64,000 nucleotides of DNA. It comes from Fimbriimonadales bacterium. GTDB lineage: Bacteria > Armatimonadota > Fimbriimonadia > Fimbriimonadales > JABRVX01. The stretch is from the NCBI GenBank assembly GCA_045862955.1, contig BTVI01000007.1:15778-79777 (forward strand), in the 5' to 3' direction. Of the stretch, positions 10,668 to 20,216 are shown piece after piece. Each line of letters opens with the position of its first letter. Positions within the stretch are counted from its first letter, which is position 1. The notes under the pieces are model-generated. The model was not told the DNA's origin and did not search any database. It was given only the letters and a program-made list of their open reading frames with translations. The position numbers and the translations under genes were made by a program.

Positions 10668-11540
10668 ATGAAAACGCTTTGGATGGCACTGCTGTGTCTG
10701 GCCTCGTGCGCCTGGCCGGCCAAGCCTGTCGTGATAGTCACCGACTGTGGCAACTGGGTAGACGACCAGTTGGCTATCGTGTACCTGCTGGCCTCGCCAT
10801 CGGTGGAGGTGAAGGGCATCGTGGCTTCGCACTACGGCGCGCCCGGCACGGCGAAGCTGGCCAAGGAAGCCGTCGAGAAGTTGCTCGCCGACCTCGGCTC
10901 ACAGGTGCCCGTGTGGCAAGGCGCCGAGTCGTCGCTCTCGGAGAATCCGGACCAACCCGCCTCGGAAGGGGCGCGTCGAATCGTCGAACTGGCCCGCCGG
11001 GGCCGGCTGGACGTGCTCTGCCTTTCCGCCGCCACAGACGTCGCCCTCGCCCTCCGTGAGGGCGCCGGGGCTAAGGCGCAGGTGTACTGGGTCGGTTGTG
11101 GACCACTGCCGAAGGGCGGTCGTGGCGACTTCAACCTTGCGAACGACGTACGGGCAGCACAGATGCTCTTCGACTCGCCGGTGACTCTCTATTGGATGCC
11201 CGCGGTAGGCGTGGCCGATGCCTTGAAGCTGACCGGTACCCAGGTGCGCGAGCGCTTCGCGGACTATGGGACTCCCGGCAAGGTACTGAAAGAGATCGCC
11301 GCAACCATGGGCCGTTCTCCCGCCTCACTCTGGGACCTCGGCCTGGCAGGCGTGTACGTCCGGCCCGGGTTGGGAGTCACGGAGACTAGACCCGCACCAC
11401 AGGTCACCGACGACTTCCGACTCGTGGAGCGTAAGGGTGGTAAGGGAGTAGTGGTGTACACACGCGTTCGGGTGGAGCAGGTGTTGCAAGAGTTCGAGAG
11501 TGCGCTCAAGGCATGGGCCAAGCGTGAGCGCGAGCGTTAG
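10668..11540 (+). CDS. Nucleoside hydrolase (IU-NH family) with signal peptide
   Basis: TDCGNWVDD Asp cluster, DFNLAND, LWDL; GGAGG SD; hydrophobic N-terminus. Confidence 0.8.
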   Translation: MKTLWMALLCLASCAWPAKPVVIVTDCGNWVDDQLAIVYLLASPSVEVKGIVASHYGAPGTAKLAKEAVEKLLADLGSQVPVWQGAESSLSENPDQPASEGARRIVELARRGRLDVLCLSAATDVALALREGAGAKAQVYWVGCGPLPKGGRGDFNLANDVRAAQMLFDSPVTLYWMPAVGVADALKLTGTQVRERFADYGTPGKVLKEIAATMGRSPASLWDLGLAGVYVRPGLGVTETRPAPQVTDDFRLVERKGGKGVVVYTRVRVEQVLQEFESALKAWAKRERER

Positions 11541-12417
11541 CGAGCGCGTTCGGGACGCGGTCGCCGAGGGTCGCCCCGTCGTCGCCCTGGAGACCGCTGT
11601 GCTCACTCACGGGCTGCCGAAGCCGCTCGGCCTGGAGACCGTTCTGCTGCAGGTCCGCCACATCCAGGAAAAAGGAGCGGTGGCGGCCATCGTGGGTCTG
11701 CTGGATGGCGAGGCGAAGGTGGGCCTAACGAACGAGGAACTGCTTCGGCTGAGCGAACTCCAGCAACCGCAAAAGGTGAACCTGCAGAATCTCTCCGTCG
11801 CCTGCCATGCGGGAGCCAGCGGAGGAACCACCGTTTCGGCAACGATGCAACTCGCGCACCTAGCCGGAATCAGAGTGATGGCAACGGGGGGTATCGGAGG
11901 CGTGCACCGCGGTGGGCAGGACGTCTCGACGGACCTCGTAGCGCTGAGCGCGGTTCCTATGGTGGTGGTCTGCAGCGGCCCGAAAGCGGTGCTCGACGTG
12001 TCTGCGACACTGGAGCGCCTGGAAGCGTACGGCGTACCGGTGGTGGGGTACGGCACCGACCATGTCCCCGCGTTCTATAGCGCCGACAGTGGCTGGCCTG
12101 CCACGGGTCGGGTGGATACCCCCGAAGCTGCAGCTTCGCTGTTCCGTTCGCACCTCGAGCATGGGGTGCGCAGCGCCGTGCTGCTGTGCAATCCGCCCCC
12201 TGCAGATGCCTCGCTGCCGTGGGACGTGGTGCAGAGAGCCGTGGACGAGGCCGAGAGAGCCTGCGTACGAGACGGCGTGAGCGGCCGAGCTGTCACACCA
12301 CGGTTGCTGGAGGCCGTCACACTTGCCTTGGACGGCGCAAATCTACGCACCAACACAGCTCTCCTCGTGGCCAACGCCAGATTGGCAGCCGAGGTGGCTT
12401 GCGCCATGGCCCCCTAG
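11524..12417 (+). CDS. psuG: Pseudouridine-5'-phosphate glycosidase
   Basis: VVALETAVLTHGLP, GGTTVSATM, ATGGIGGVHRG, DVSTDL, VTPRLL motifs. Confidence 0.92.
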   Translation: MSASVSERVRDAVAEGRPVVALETAVLTHGLPKPLGLETVLLQVRHIQEKGAVAAIVGLLDGEAKVGLTNEELLRLSELQQPQKVNLQNLSVACHAGASGGTTVSATMQLAHLAGIRVMATGGIGGVHRGGQDVSTDLVALSAVPMVVVCSGPKAVLDVSATLERLEAYGVPVVGYGTDHVPAFYSADSGWPATGRVDTPEAAASLFRSHLEHGVRSAVLLCNPPPADASLPWDVVQRAVDEAERACVRDGVSGRAVTPRLLEAVTLALDGANLRTNTALLVANARLAAEVACAMAP

Positions 12418-13526
12418 GGCGCGACGCACGAGGTGCTGAACGTGAAGGAGTACAACTGCACTCCGGTCGCTTGGGGGGTGAGAACGAGAAGATGCTCCCC
12501 GTGCTTCGGATTCACGACGAGGCTGTACATCCTCGACTGGGTCACCTCGACGTAGCTTCTGCCCCGGTCATCGAAGCGTACGTCCCGCCCTGCGCTGAGC
12601 CTATCCAGCGGTTTGCCATCTTGCATGAGGAGCAGCCGAACCGGTCGAGATCCATCGGGCCTCAGCACCGCATTCACCTCTGTTGCCTTATAGGTCAACG
12701 AGATGGTTGCTGGAAGCCCTTCCGCCCGGACGCTCTCGGGCCCGCAGAACCACTTGCCCGAGAGGAATATGCGCCCTGCCTCACGCGGCTCCTCCTCGGG
12801 GAATGACACCACCTGACCGTGCCGGTACAGCGCATCTTGGCCGAAGTGGCCGCTTTGGAAACCGCGGCTGCCGGCGTAAAGCTCGGGGGTCACCGGGTAG
12901 CACACCGCTCCGGGCTTGTCGGTATCGCGGACTGGTTCCATGATGGGTGGCAGCTCGCCCGTGTAGCCCGCGTCTCGCAGAAGCGTCTGGATGCGTTTCT
13001 CGGTCGCCCCGTAGCCACCCTCGCCAATGTGGTCGTACACGATCTTGCCGTTCTTGTCAATCAAGTACTTGCGTGGCCAGTAGCGGTTAGCATAGGCGGA
13101 CCAGTTCTCGTAGTCGTTGTCGAGGAGTATCGGAAAGGTGAGGCCGAACCGCCGCGCGGCCTCCTGTACGTTCTCTTTGGACTTTGCGAATTCGAACTCG
13201 GGAGTGTGTATCCCTATGATGACGAGCCCCTTATCCGCATAACGGCGATGCCATTCGGTCAGGTAGGGGAAGGTGCGAATGCAGTTCACGCAGGTGTACT
13301 CCCAGAAGTCCACCAGCACGACCTTACCGCGAAGCTCCTGTATGCGCAGCGGCTTGCTGTTCAGCCACTCGCTCGTGCCTCCCACGAACTCGGGTGCGTT
13401 TACGACCGGGTAGCTTATGGATGCCACTTGGCTGCCTCCTTCGGCTCTACCGCAGCCTGCTGGCAGCGCACACAGCACGGCGACGGAAGCTAGAAATCCG
13501 AGCGCATAACCGGAGCCGATGATCAT
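12414..13526 (-). CDS. DipZ-like thioredoxin/redoxin with C-terminal carbohydrate-binding-like domain, exported
   Basis: WLNSKPL, DFWEYTCVNC, GIHTPEFEF, NRYWP, HIGEGGY, TPELY, YSFTF. Confidence 0.85.
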   Translation of the reverse strand: MIIGSGYALGFLASVAVLCALPAGCGRAEGGSQVASISYPVVNAPEFVGGTSEWLNSKPLRIQELRGKVVLVDFWEYTCVNCIRTFPYLTEWHRRYADKGLVIIGIHTPEFEFAKSKENVQEAARRFGLTFPILLDNDYENWSAYANRYWPRKYLIDKNGKIVYDHIGEGGYGATEKRIQTLLRDAGYTGELPPIMEPVRDTDKPGAVCYPVTPELYAGSRGFQSGHFGQDALYRHGQVVSFPEEEPREAGRIFLSGKWFCGPESVRAEGLPATISLTYKATEVNAVLRPDGSRPVRLLLMQDGKPLDRLSAGRDVRFDDRGRSYVEVTQSRMYSLVVNPKHGEHLLVLTPQATGVQLYSFTFSTSCVAP

Positions 13527-13569
13527 GCTCCTTCAAACGAATTCCCTCGACCAAGGGTTGCCAGAGCAT

Positions 13570-13601
13570 GCGCACCCCGGGGCTTCGGCCCCGGGGTGCG
13601 C
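13570..13601 (-). terminator. Hairpin terminator after downstream flagellin
   Basis: GCGCACCCCGGGGC-TTCG-GCCCCGGGGTGCGC, perfect 14-bp stem. Confidence 0.75.
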
Positions 13602-13629
13602 CCTTCAGTGGCTGCCCGAACGTCCGGGC

Positions 13630-15087
13630 CTATCGGAGTAGCGCGAGGACTGATTGAGGAGCAGCGTTGGCCTGCGCTAGCACCGATAGGCCGGACTGCT
13701 GGAGGATTTGCAGCTTGGTGAAGCTGGTGATTTCGTTGGCCAGGTCCAGGTCGCGAATCTGCGACTCGGTCGCCGACAGGTTCTCCCGCGCAACGCCGAG
13801 TGAGCGAATGTTGGACTCCAGTACGTTGCGGGTGAACGAACCGATGGATGCCCTCAGCGACGACACCTCTTCGATGGCAGCGTCCACGATGGCGAGTGCC
13901 TCCGTCGCCCCCGCCGAGGTAGTCACGTCCACCGTGCTTAGGTTCTTGCCTCCGTATACCGTGTCACCAAGCCTTGCCGCCGCGATGTCCATGAGCGAAA
14001 GGGCAGTGGTGTTGTTGGCGTTGGCGCCGATCTGGAACTGCGCCATGCCGGCGGTGATCTGTGCCACGGCGACGGCAGTCGTGCCTAGGGAGCTGTTGCC
14101 CTGTTCCGTGAGAAGCAGCACGTTGCCGTAGCGGTCGGTCAGTCGGAGTCCGGAATCGCCGGAATTGCGCCCGCCGGTGAACAGCACCGTCTCGACTCCC
14201 GAGGAGGTCGTCACTGAGACACTCACTTGCGCATCCCGAGCCGTCACCGTGACCGAGTCTGGGCTGGCCAGCAGATCGCCCTTGTCGTAAAGGGTAATGC
14301 CGTAGCGACTCCCGTAGTTCACCTGCGAGAGACTGACAAAGACCTGTGTGGCGCTGGCAAAGGACGCTGCGGCGGTCACTCCCGTTGTCGTGCTCTGCAG
14401 GTTGATCTTGTTGATGATCTCCTGCAGCGTCTCCGTCCCGCTGGAGGTGATCGAGACCCCATTGATGACGAACGTGCCCGCCGAAACGATGCTGGACAGC
14501 GCCCCGTACGTTACGTTCAGCGTGGTGGAGGCTCGTGTCGCGCTCGTCACGATGGCCACCGATACCACCCCGTCCGACTGCACCGCGTTCCCGTTGAACG
14601 TGCCGCCGATGTTGATTGCCGCAAGGATGGAGGCGTCCGTCACACTCGACGAGATGCCTGACGACCCGTCCAACAGGCGCTTCCCACCGAACTGCGTTGT
14701 CGAGGCGATGCGGTCAATCGTTGCGATGATGGAGTTGATCTGGTTCTGGTTGGCCTGCAGAGCGGCCTGGTCCAGCACGCCCGTGTTCGCCGAAGCCACC
14801 GCGAGCGCTCGTGCGTCTCGCAGCAGCCGGTTCACCTCGTCCAGCGCCCCCTCCGCCGTCTTGGCAAAGTTCGTGGCGTCCTGGGCGTTGCGTATCGCCT
14901 GGTCGATGCCCCCTATCTGTGCGCGAAGGCTCTCAGAAATGATCAGTCCCGCCGGATCGTCCGCAGCCGTCGAAATGCGAAGGCCCGTGGAAAGTCGCGT
15001 CACGCTCTTCGAGAACTCGCTCTCGATCATGTTCAGATTGCGTAGCGCGTTGAGTGCCGATGTATTCGTGTTGATGCGGAATCCCAC
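13630..15087 (-). CDS. fliC: Flagellin (copy 2)
   Basis: MGFRINTN, RLSTGLRI, DDPAGL, TAEGAL, FQIGAN, ESQIRDLD, LAQAN; GGAGG SD and GTG start. Confidence 0.95.
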   Translation of the reverse strand: MGFRINTNTSALNALRNLNMIESEFSKSVTRLSTGLRISTAADDPAGLIISESLRAQIGGIDQAIRNAQDATNFAKTAEGALDEVNRLLRDARALAVASANTGVLDQAALQANQNQINSIIATIDRIASTTQFGGKRLLDGSSGISSSVTDASILAAINIGGTFNGNAVQSDGVVSVAIVTSATRASTTLNVTYGALSSIVSAGTFVINGVSITSSGTETLQEIINKINLQSTTTGVTAAASFASATQVFVSLSQVNYGSRYGITLYDKGDLLASPDSVTVTARDAQVSVSVTTSSGVETVLFTGGRNSGDSGLRLTDRYGNVLLLTEQGNSSLGTTAVAVAQITAGMAQFQIGANANNTTALSLMDIAAARLGDTVYGGKNLSTVDVTTSAGATEALAIVDAAIEEVSSLRASIGSFTRNVLESNIRSLGVARENLSATESQIRDLDLANEITSFTKLQILQQSGLSVLAQANAAPQSVLALLR

Positions 15088-15289
15088 TGCGTATCCTCCA
15101 TGATGCCGCGCCCGTCGCTCCTTCGCGTGCCGAGGGCGGCTGCACGCCCCGTGGCACTGGGCCGATACCCGCTCGTTCCTTAGCGCCTCGCTACGGGACC
15201 ACGGCTGTTTGCTGGCAGGTTCTTTCCACGGCTGTCAAACCTGCTACCATGCAAAGTTGCCGGGTTTGTGCAGGGTCCCACGCGTAGTT

Positions 15290-15321
15290 GGGCGCCTCGG
15301 CCCGCTCGGGCCGAGGCGCCC
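15290..15321 (-). terminator. Hairpin terminator after upstream flagellin
   Basis: GGGCGCCTCGGCCC-GCTC-GGGCCGAGGCGCCC, perfect 14-bp stem. Confidence 0.75.
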
Positions 15322-15344
15322 TTCCTTCTGCTGCCGTGAAAGGC

Positions 15345-16802
15345 CTACCGCAGCAGCAACAACACCGTCTGAGGCGCTGCGTTTGCCTGAGCTAACACCG
15401 ATAGGCCCGACTGCTGGAGGATCTGCAGCTTCGTGAAGTTGGTGATCTCCTGGGCTACGTCTAGGTCGCGAATCTGCGACTCCGTCGCCGAAAGGTTCTC
15501 TTTGGCGACACCCAGGGACCGAATGGACGACTCGAGGACGTTGCGCTGGAACGAGCCGATGTCCGCCCGAAGCGACGACACCTTCTCGATGGCAGCGTCG
15601 ATGATCGAGAGCGCTTCCGTCGCACCAGCCGACGTCGTGACGTCGATCGTGCTTAGGTTCTTACCCGAAACCACCGTCGACCCGAGCTGCGACGATGCAA
15701 TGTTCGCTAGCGAAAGCGAAGTCGTGTTGTTCGCGTTCGCACCGATCTGGAACTGCGCGCTGCCCGCGGTGACCTGGGCCACTACCGAGGCGGTGGTGCC
15801 GAGCGAGCTGTTACCCTGTTCTGTAAGTAGAATCACATTCCCATACAGGTCCGTCAGCCGAAGCCCGCTGTCCGTAGCGTTCCGACCTCCTGTAAAGGTA
15901 ACCGTCTCCGCACCCGACGACGTCGTCACCGTGACGCTTACCACCGCGTCTCGAGCCGTCGCCGTCACCGAGTCTGCCGTCGCCAGCAAGTCCTCCTTGT
16001 CGTACAAGGTGATGCTGTAGTTGCTCCCGTAGTTCGTCTGGTTCAGCTTGACGAAGATTTGCGTGGAGGTCGCAAACGACGCCTCCGCAGTCACCCCGGT
16101 GACACTACTCTTCAAGTTGATCTTGTTGATGATCTCCTGAAGTGTCTCCGTACCGTTCGAGGTGATGGAAACGCCGTTCAGCACGAAGGTGCCCGCAGCC
16201 ACGACGCTCGTCAGAGCACCGTAAGTCACGTTCAGCGTCGTCGAAGCACGAGTGGCACTCGTAACCAAAGCGGCCGACACCACGCCATCCGACTGCACCG
16301 CGTTCCCGTTGAACGTACCGCCGAGGCTGATTGCTGCTACCTTATCCGTATCCACCACGTTGGCCGTAATGCCCGACGAGCCGTCCAGCAGCTTCTTGCC
16401 GCCGAACTGAGTGGTGGAAGCAATCCTGTCAATCGTAGCCAGGATCGAGGCGATCTGGTTCTGATTGGCCTGCAGAGCAGCCGAATCCAAGACGCCGGTG
16501 TTCGACGAAGCAACTGCCAACGCGCGCGCATCGCGCAACAGCCGGCTCACCTCGTCCAGAGCCCCCTCGGCCGTCTTGGCAAAGCTGGTCGCGTCCTGCG
16601 CGTTCCGAACGGCCTGGTCAATGCTGCCTATCTGCGCGCGCAGGCTTTCCGAAATGATGAGTCCCGCAGGGTCGTCCGAGGCGTTCGAAATCCGAAGACC
16701 GGTCGAAAGCCTCGTCACACTCTTGGCAAACTCAGTCTCTGCCAGACCGAGATTCCGCAAAGCGTTGAGTGCCGACGTGTTCGTGTTGATCCTGAAACCC
16801 AA
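15345..16802 (-). CDS. fliC: Flagellin (copy 1)
   Basis: Same conserved N- and C-terminal flagellin motifs; TTG start at 16802 after GGAGGAG SD. Confidence 0.95.
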   Translation of the reverse strand: MGFRINTNTSALNALRNLGLAETEFAKSVTRLSTGLRISNASDDPAGLIISESLRAQIGSIDQAVRNAQDATSFAKTAEGALDEVSRLLRDARALAVASSNTGVLDSAALQANQNQIASILATIDRIASTTQFGGKKLLDGSSGITANVVDTDKVAAISLGGTFNGNAVQSDGVVSAALVTSATRASTTLNVTYGALTSVVAAGTFVLNGVSITSNGTETLQEIINKINLKSSVTGVTAEASFATSTQIFVKLNQTNYGSNYSITLYDKEDLLATADSVTATARDAVVSVTVTTSSGAETVTFTGGRNATDSGLRLTDLYGNVILLTEQGNSSLGTTASVVAQVTAGSAQFQIGANANNTTSLSLANIASSQLGSTVVSGKNLSTIDVTTSAGATEALSIIDAAIEKVSSLRADIGSFQRNVLESSIRSLGVAKENLSATESQIRDLDVAQEITNFTKLQILQQSGLSVLAQANAAPQTVLLLLR

Positions 16803-17187
16803 TGGTCTCCTCCGTGATAGGTTTCTTTGCCCGACCGGCCTTAGTCGCGGTTCGCATGGGCCATGCAAGGGCCATGCGGCCGTCGCGACCTCGGACATCC
16901 GATGTCCCTGCCCGCGACGTTCAGCGTATGTTCAAACGGCCAGTCGTTGGGCTTTTCGTACAGGGAGTTCCACGGGGAGCACATGCCGGAGACCCGCACG
17001 GCTGCGAGGGTTTGTCTCGAGGGGTCCAAAGCACGCATGTCAGCGGGGAGGGTTTGACCGCAAAGGCGTTCCCGCTCCATAATTCGCAATTGAGGGGAGC
17101 AGCAGATGAGCCGCAACTTCGCATCCGATATCTCCGATGTTCACCGTGAAGGTCCGCACGGGCTGGGACGTACCGCAGATGCGTAAC

Positions 17188-17931
17188 ATGCTCCAGCGGC
17201 AGATCGACCTCGCTCCACCTGCCGCTGTGTGGGCTTTCGTAGACCCGAGCTCGGCGGTCATGTTCCTCTTCCTGGTGCTGGTCCTGCCGGTGGTGCTCAT
17301 CCTGGCCGCTGTCGGCTGCTGGTGGCGCTACCTGCGCCTCCGCGTATCATGGGTGGCCAGCCTGGACGGGGTCAAAGTCGAGCTGTTCAACAGCCCTCCC
17401 ACCTACCTTAAGAAGATCCCCGGTGATGCGCTGCTCGTTCCCGTGGCGGCAGACGCCTGGATCGGGCGCTGCATGACCAAGATCGTGCGCGATCAGGGTG
17501 GTGATATCATCCAAGAGGAACTGCACGCTTCCGGACCGATGGCGCAGGGTGAGGTCCGAGTAGTCACAGGGGGCAAGCTGAAGGCGAGAAACGTCATTGC
17601 CTACCGGATGTACGACGACGAGAACCGTGTCACGCCCAGCCTCGCCGCAAGCGCTTTGGATGCGGCGATCACGGCTGCCGAGGAACTCGGAGCGCGCGAG
17701 CTGATCGTCGTGGACTTCTCCCCAGCATTCGCCTATTCGCGAGACAGGCGCGACGGCGGTTTCACGGCGCGTATCGTGTTGGAAGCCGTGCGACGACACC
17801 GGCGTTCGCTGCGGACGGTCCGCGTCTTCATCCCCGAGCACTGGAGCTACGTTCAGTGGCTCGCGGAGGTCCGGAGCGCAGCCCGCGCTGGCACGCGATC
17901 GCAACCCGCGCAAGGTACTTCAGCTCTCTAG
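17188..17931 (+). CDS. Membrane-anchored degenerate macrodomain protein (start uncertain)
   Basis: N-terminal TM helix, then DALLVP...GGDIIQEEL...GEVRVVTGGKLKARNVI resembling the macro fold without NAAN/GGG motifs. Confidence 0.6.
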   Translation: MLQRQIDLAPPAAVWAFVDPSSAVMFLFLVLVLPVVLILAAVGCWWRYLRLRVSWVASLDGVKVELFNSPPTYLKKIPGDALLVPVAADAWIGRCMTKIVRDQGGDIIQEELHASGPMAQGEVRVVTGGKLKARNVIAYRMYDDENRVTPSLAASALDAAITAAEELGARELIVVDFSPAFAYSRDRRDGGFTARIVLEAVRRHRRSLRTVRVFIPEHWSYVQWLAEVRSAARAGTRSQPAQGTSAL

Positions 17932-18017
17932 CCCAGAAAGCTGCAGCGGCACCTCCGATTCGGACGCTACCGGGCCGATGATCCCTTTGGAGAATCCGCT
18001 AGGGAAAGGATCGGTCC

Positions 18018-18791
18018 ATGCGTACGGAAATCATGCCCGCGCGTCGCCTGGCGTCGCTCAGCATCGTGCTGCCAGCACACAACGAGGTGGACAACATCGA
18101 GCCCCTTGTTGCAGAAGCCTCCCAGGTTGCGCCACGACTCGCGAACCGACACGAGGTCATCGTGGTGGACGACGGCTCCACCGACGGAACAGGCGAGTTG
18201 GCAGAAGAGCTCGCTCATGACTATGCGGGGGTACGCGTGGTCCACAACTGGCCCAACCGTGGGTACGGCGGTGCCCTCAAGGCCGGCTTCGCAGCGGCAA
18301 CCAGCGAGTGGGTTTTCTTCACCGACGGGGACCGACAGTTTCGGCTCGACGAGTTGCCCCGGTTCGTGGCCGCGTCCTCGCAAGCAGAACTCGTCATCGG
18401 CTATCGTCTTCGACGCAGTGACCCGCTGCACCGCCTGCTGAACGCGTGGCTCTACAAGCGGTTCATTCAGTGTCTGTTCGGCCTTCGGGTCCGGGACATC
18501 GACTGTGCTTACAAGCTAATTCGCCGCTCGGTGCTGGATGCTGCGGCGCTGGAGTCCGAGGGGGCACTCATTAGTGCGGAACTGCTGGTGAAGTCGCTCC
18601 GAATGGGCTGCCGGATCGTCGAGCTCGGCGTCCACCACTATCCGCGGACCGCGGGCAGGCAATCGGGCGCTAACCTGGGAGTGATCCTAAGAATGTTCCG
18701 CGAGGTCCGTGCGCTCCACGGAAAGATCCGGGCATTCGAGGCCCGGGCAGCTGTCGAGCCGGCAGACGCTGGTGCGGAGAAGGTGGCTTGA
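18018..18791 (+). CDS. Glycosyltransferase family 2 (DPM1-like)
   Basis: SIVLPAHNE, VVDDGSTDGT, NRGYGGAL, FTDGD, DIDCAYK. Confidence 0.92.
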   Translation: MRTEIMPARRLASLSIVLPAHNEVDNIEPLVAEASQVAPRLANRHEVIVVDDGSTDGTGELAEELAHDYAGVRVVHNWPNRGYGGALKAGFAAATSEWVFFTDGDRQFRLDELPRFVAASSQAELVIGYRLRRSDPLHRLLNAWLYKRFIQCLFGLRVRDIDCAYKLIRRSVLDAAALESEGALISAELLVKSLRMGCRIVELGVHHYPRTAGRQSGANLGVILRMFREVRALHGKIRAFEARAAVEPADAGAEKVA

Positions 18792-20137
18792 GCAAGCCCG
18801 AACACGTCGTCGTTGCCGGTGGCGGCTTCGCCGGCCTCGGCGTCGCGTACGGCTTGGCCGAGCGCGGAGTCGCGGTGACGCTGTGCGAGGCGGACTCCGA
18901 ACTGGGTGGGCTGGCGGGCACATTTCCTGTCGGCAACGTGCGCCTCGAGAAGTTCTATCACCACTGGTTCACATCCGATGCAGTGGCGCTGGAGATCGTG
19001 CATCGCCTCGGCCTCGGCGAGGACCTCGTGCGAAAACCCACGTACACTGGCTCATGGTACAGCGGCCGAGTGCACCGGTTGTCTACTCCTTTCGATCTGC
19101 TTCGCTTCAGCCCGTTGCCTCTGGCGGACCGCGTGCGTCTCGCCCGTTTGGTGCTCAGGGCGCGTGCAACGGAGGAGTGGCGAGATCTGGAGCACATCAC
19201 CGCTCGCGAGTGGCTGATTCGCCTCGGCGGAGAGCGCGTGTACCGCGTGGTGTGGGAGCCTTTGCTCCGAGGCAAGTTCGGTGCATACGCCGAAGACATT
19301 GCCGCCGTGTGGATCTGGGGGAAGCTGCGGCTGCGGGGCGGCTCCAGGGGTCGCAATCGCCAAGAGGAGCTTCTCTACTTGCGAGGGGGCTTCGGTCGCC
19401 TGGCACAAGCTATTGCCGATCGCATCGTGGCACGGGGCGGGGAAGTACGCCTCGGAGTGCCGGTTACCCAGGTGCTAATGAACAACGGGCACGCCGTGGG
19501 CGTTCGCCTCGCAGAAGGCACCGAACTTCATGGCGATGCCGTAGTCCTCACCATGGCTCCCCAGCAGGCACTCTCCCTGCTGCCGTGCGTGCCACAGCAT
19601 CTGGGCGCACAGCTCGCGGCCATCCCGTACCTCGCGGCTCAGTGTCTAGTCCTCGAACTCGACCGCAGCCTTTCTGAAGCCTACTGGCTCAACGTCACCG
19701 ACACCGATGCACCCTTCGTCGGCGTCATCGAGCACACCAACTTCGAGCCACCGGCGAACTATGCTGGCAGGCACATCGTCTACCTCTCCAAGTACTTGCC
19801 TGTGGATCACCCCGACTATCTGGCATCGGAGGCTACCGTAACCTCCAGGTACCTCGAACACCTCGGGCGAATGTTCCCGTCCCTTCGCGATGATTGGATT
19901 CTCCGCACCAGCCTCTGGCGCGCACGCTACGCGCAACCGGTGGTGCTCACCGATTACCGGAGCCGTATCCCTCCCGTTCAGACCGAGGTCAAAGGGCTGT
20001 GGCTGTGCAACATGGCTCAGGTCTATCCGGAAGATAGGGGCACCAACTACGCCCTGAAGTACGGGCTCGAGTGCGCTGAGCGACTGCTGCGCTCGAAGGT
20101 GTCGCCGCCGAAGGAGTCGCTTCTTGTGGTGAGTTAG
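18788..20137 (+). CDS. NAD(P)/FAD-dependent oxidoreductase (protoporphyrinogen/amine oxidase-like)
   Basis: Dinucleotide-binding GGGFAGL, LGGLA, EKFYHH, YPEDRG; coupled to GT2 stop. Confidence 0.85.
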   Translation: MSKPEHVVVAGGGFAGLGVAYGLAERGVAVTLCEADSELGGLAGTFPVGNVRLEKFYHHWFTSDAVALEIVHRLGLGEDLVRKPTYTGSWYSGRVHRLSTPFDLLRFSPLPLADRVRLARLVLRARATEEWRDLEHITAREWLIRLGGERVYRVVWEPLLRGKFGAYAEDIAAVWIWGKLRLRGGSRGRNRQEELLYLRGGFGRLAQAIADRIVARGGEVRLGVPVTQVLMNNGHAVGVRLAEGTELHGDAVVLTMAPQQALSLLPCVPQHLGAQLAAIPYLAAQCLVLELDRSLSEAYWLNVTDTDAPFVGVIEHTNFEPPANYAGRHIVYLSKYLPVDHPDYLASEATVTSRYLEHLGRMFPSLRDDWILRTSLWRARYAQPVVLTDYRSRIPPVQTEVKGLWLCNMAQVYPEDRGTNYALKYGLECAERLLRSKVSPPKESLLVVS

Positions 20138-20153
20138 TCTCTCCCAGATGAAC

Positions 20154-20187
20154 GAGAAGGCCCCGGCACCGAGGTGCGGGGCCTCTC
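20154..20187. terminator. Hairpin between convergent genes
   Basis: AGGCCCCG-GCACC-GA-GGTGC-GGGGCCT inverted repeat. Confidence 0.6.
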
Positions 20188-20216
20188 CCATGAGGTTCCT
20201 GATCCGACGGCCGAGA

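Noticed and set aside
15161-15168. Sigma28 -10 box GCCGATAC for flagellin
   Set aside because: It lies on the plus strand, antisense to the flagellin, with no matching TAAA -35
13667-17082. Long plus-strand ORFs antisense to the flagellins
   Set aside because: Shadow ORFs expected from GC-rich codon bias; no SD or recognisable domains
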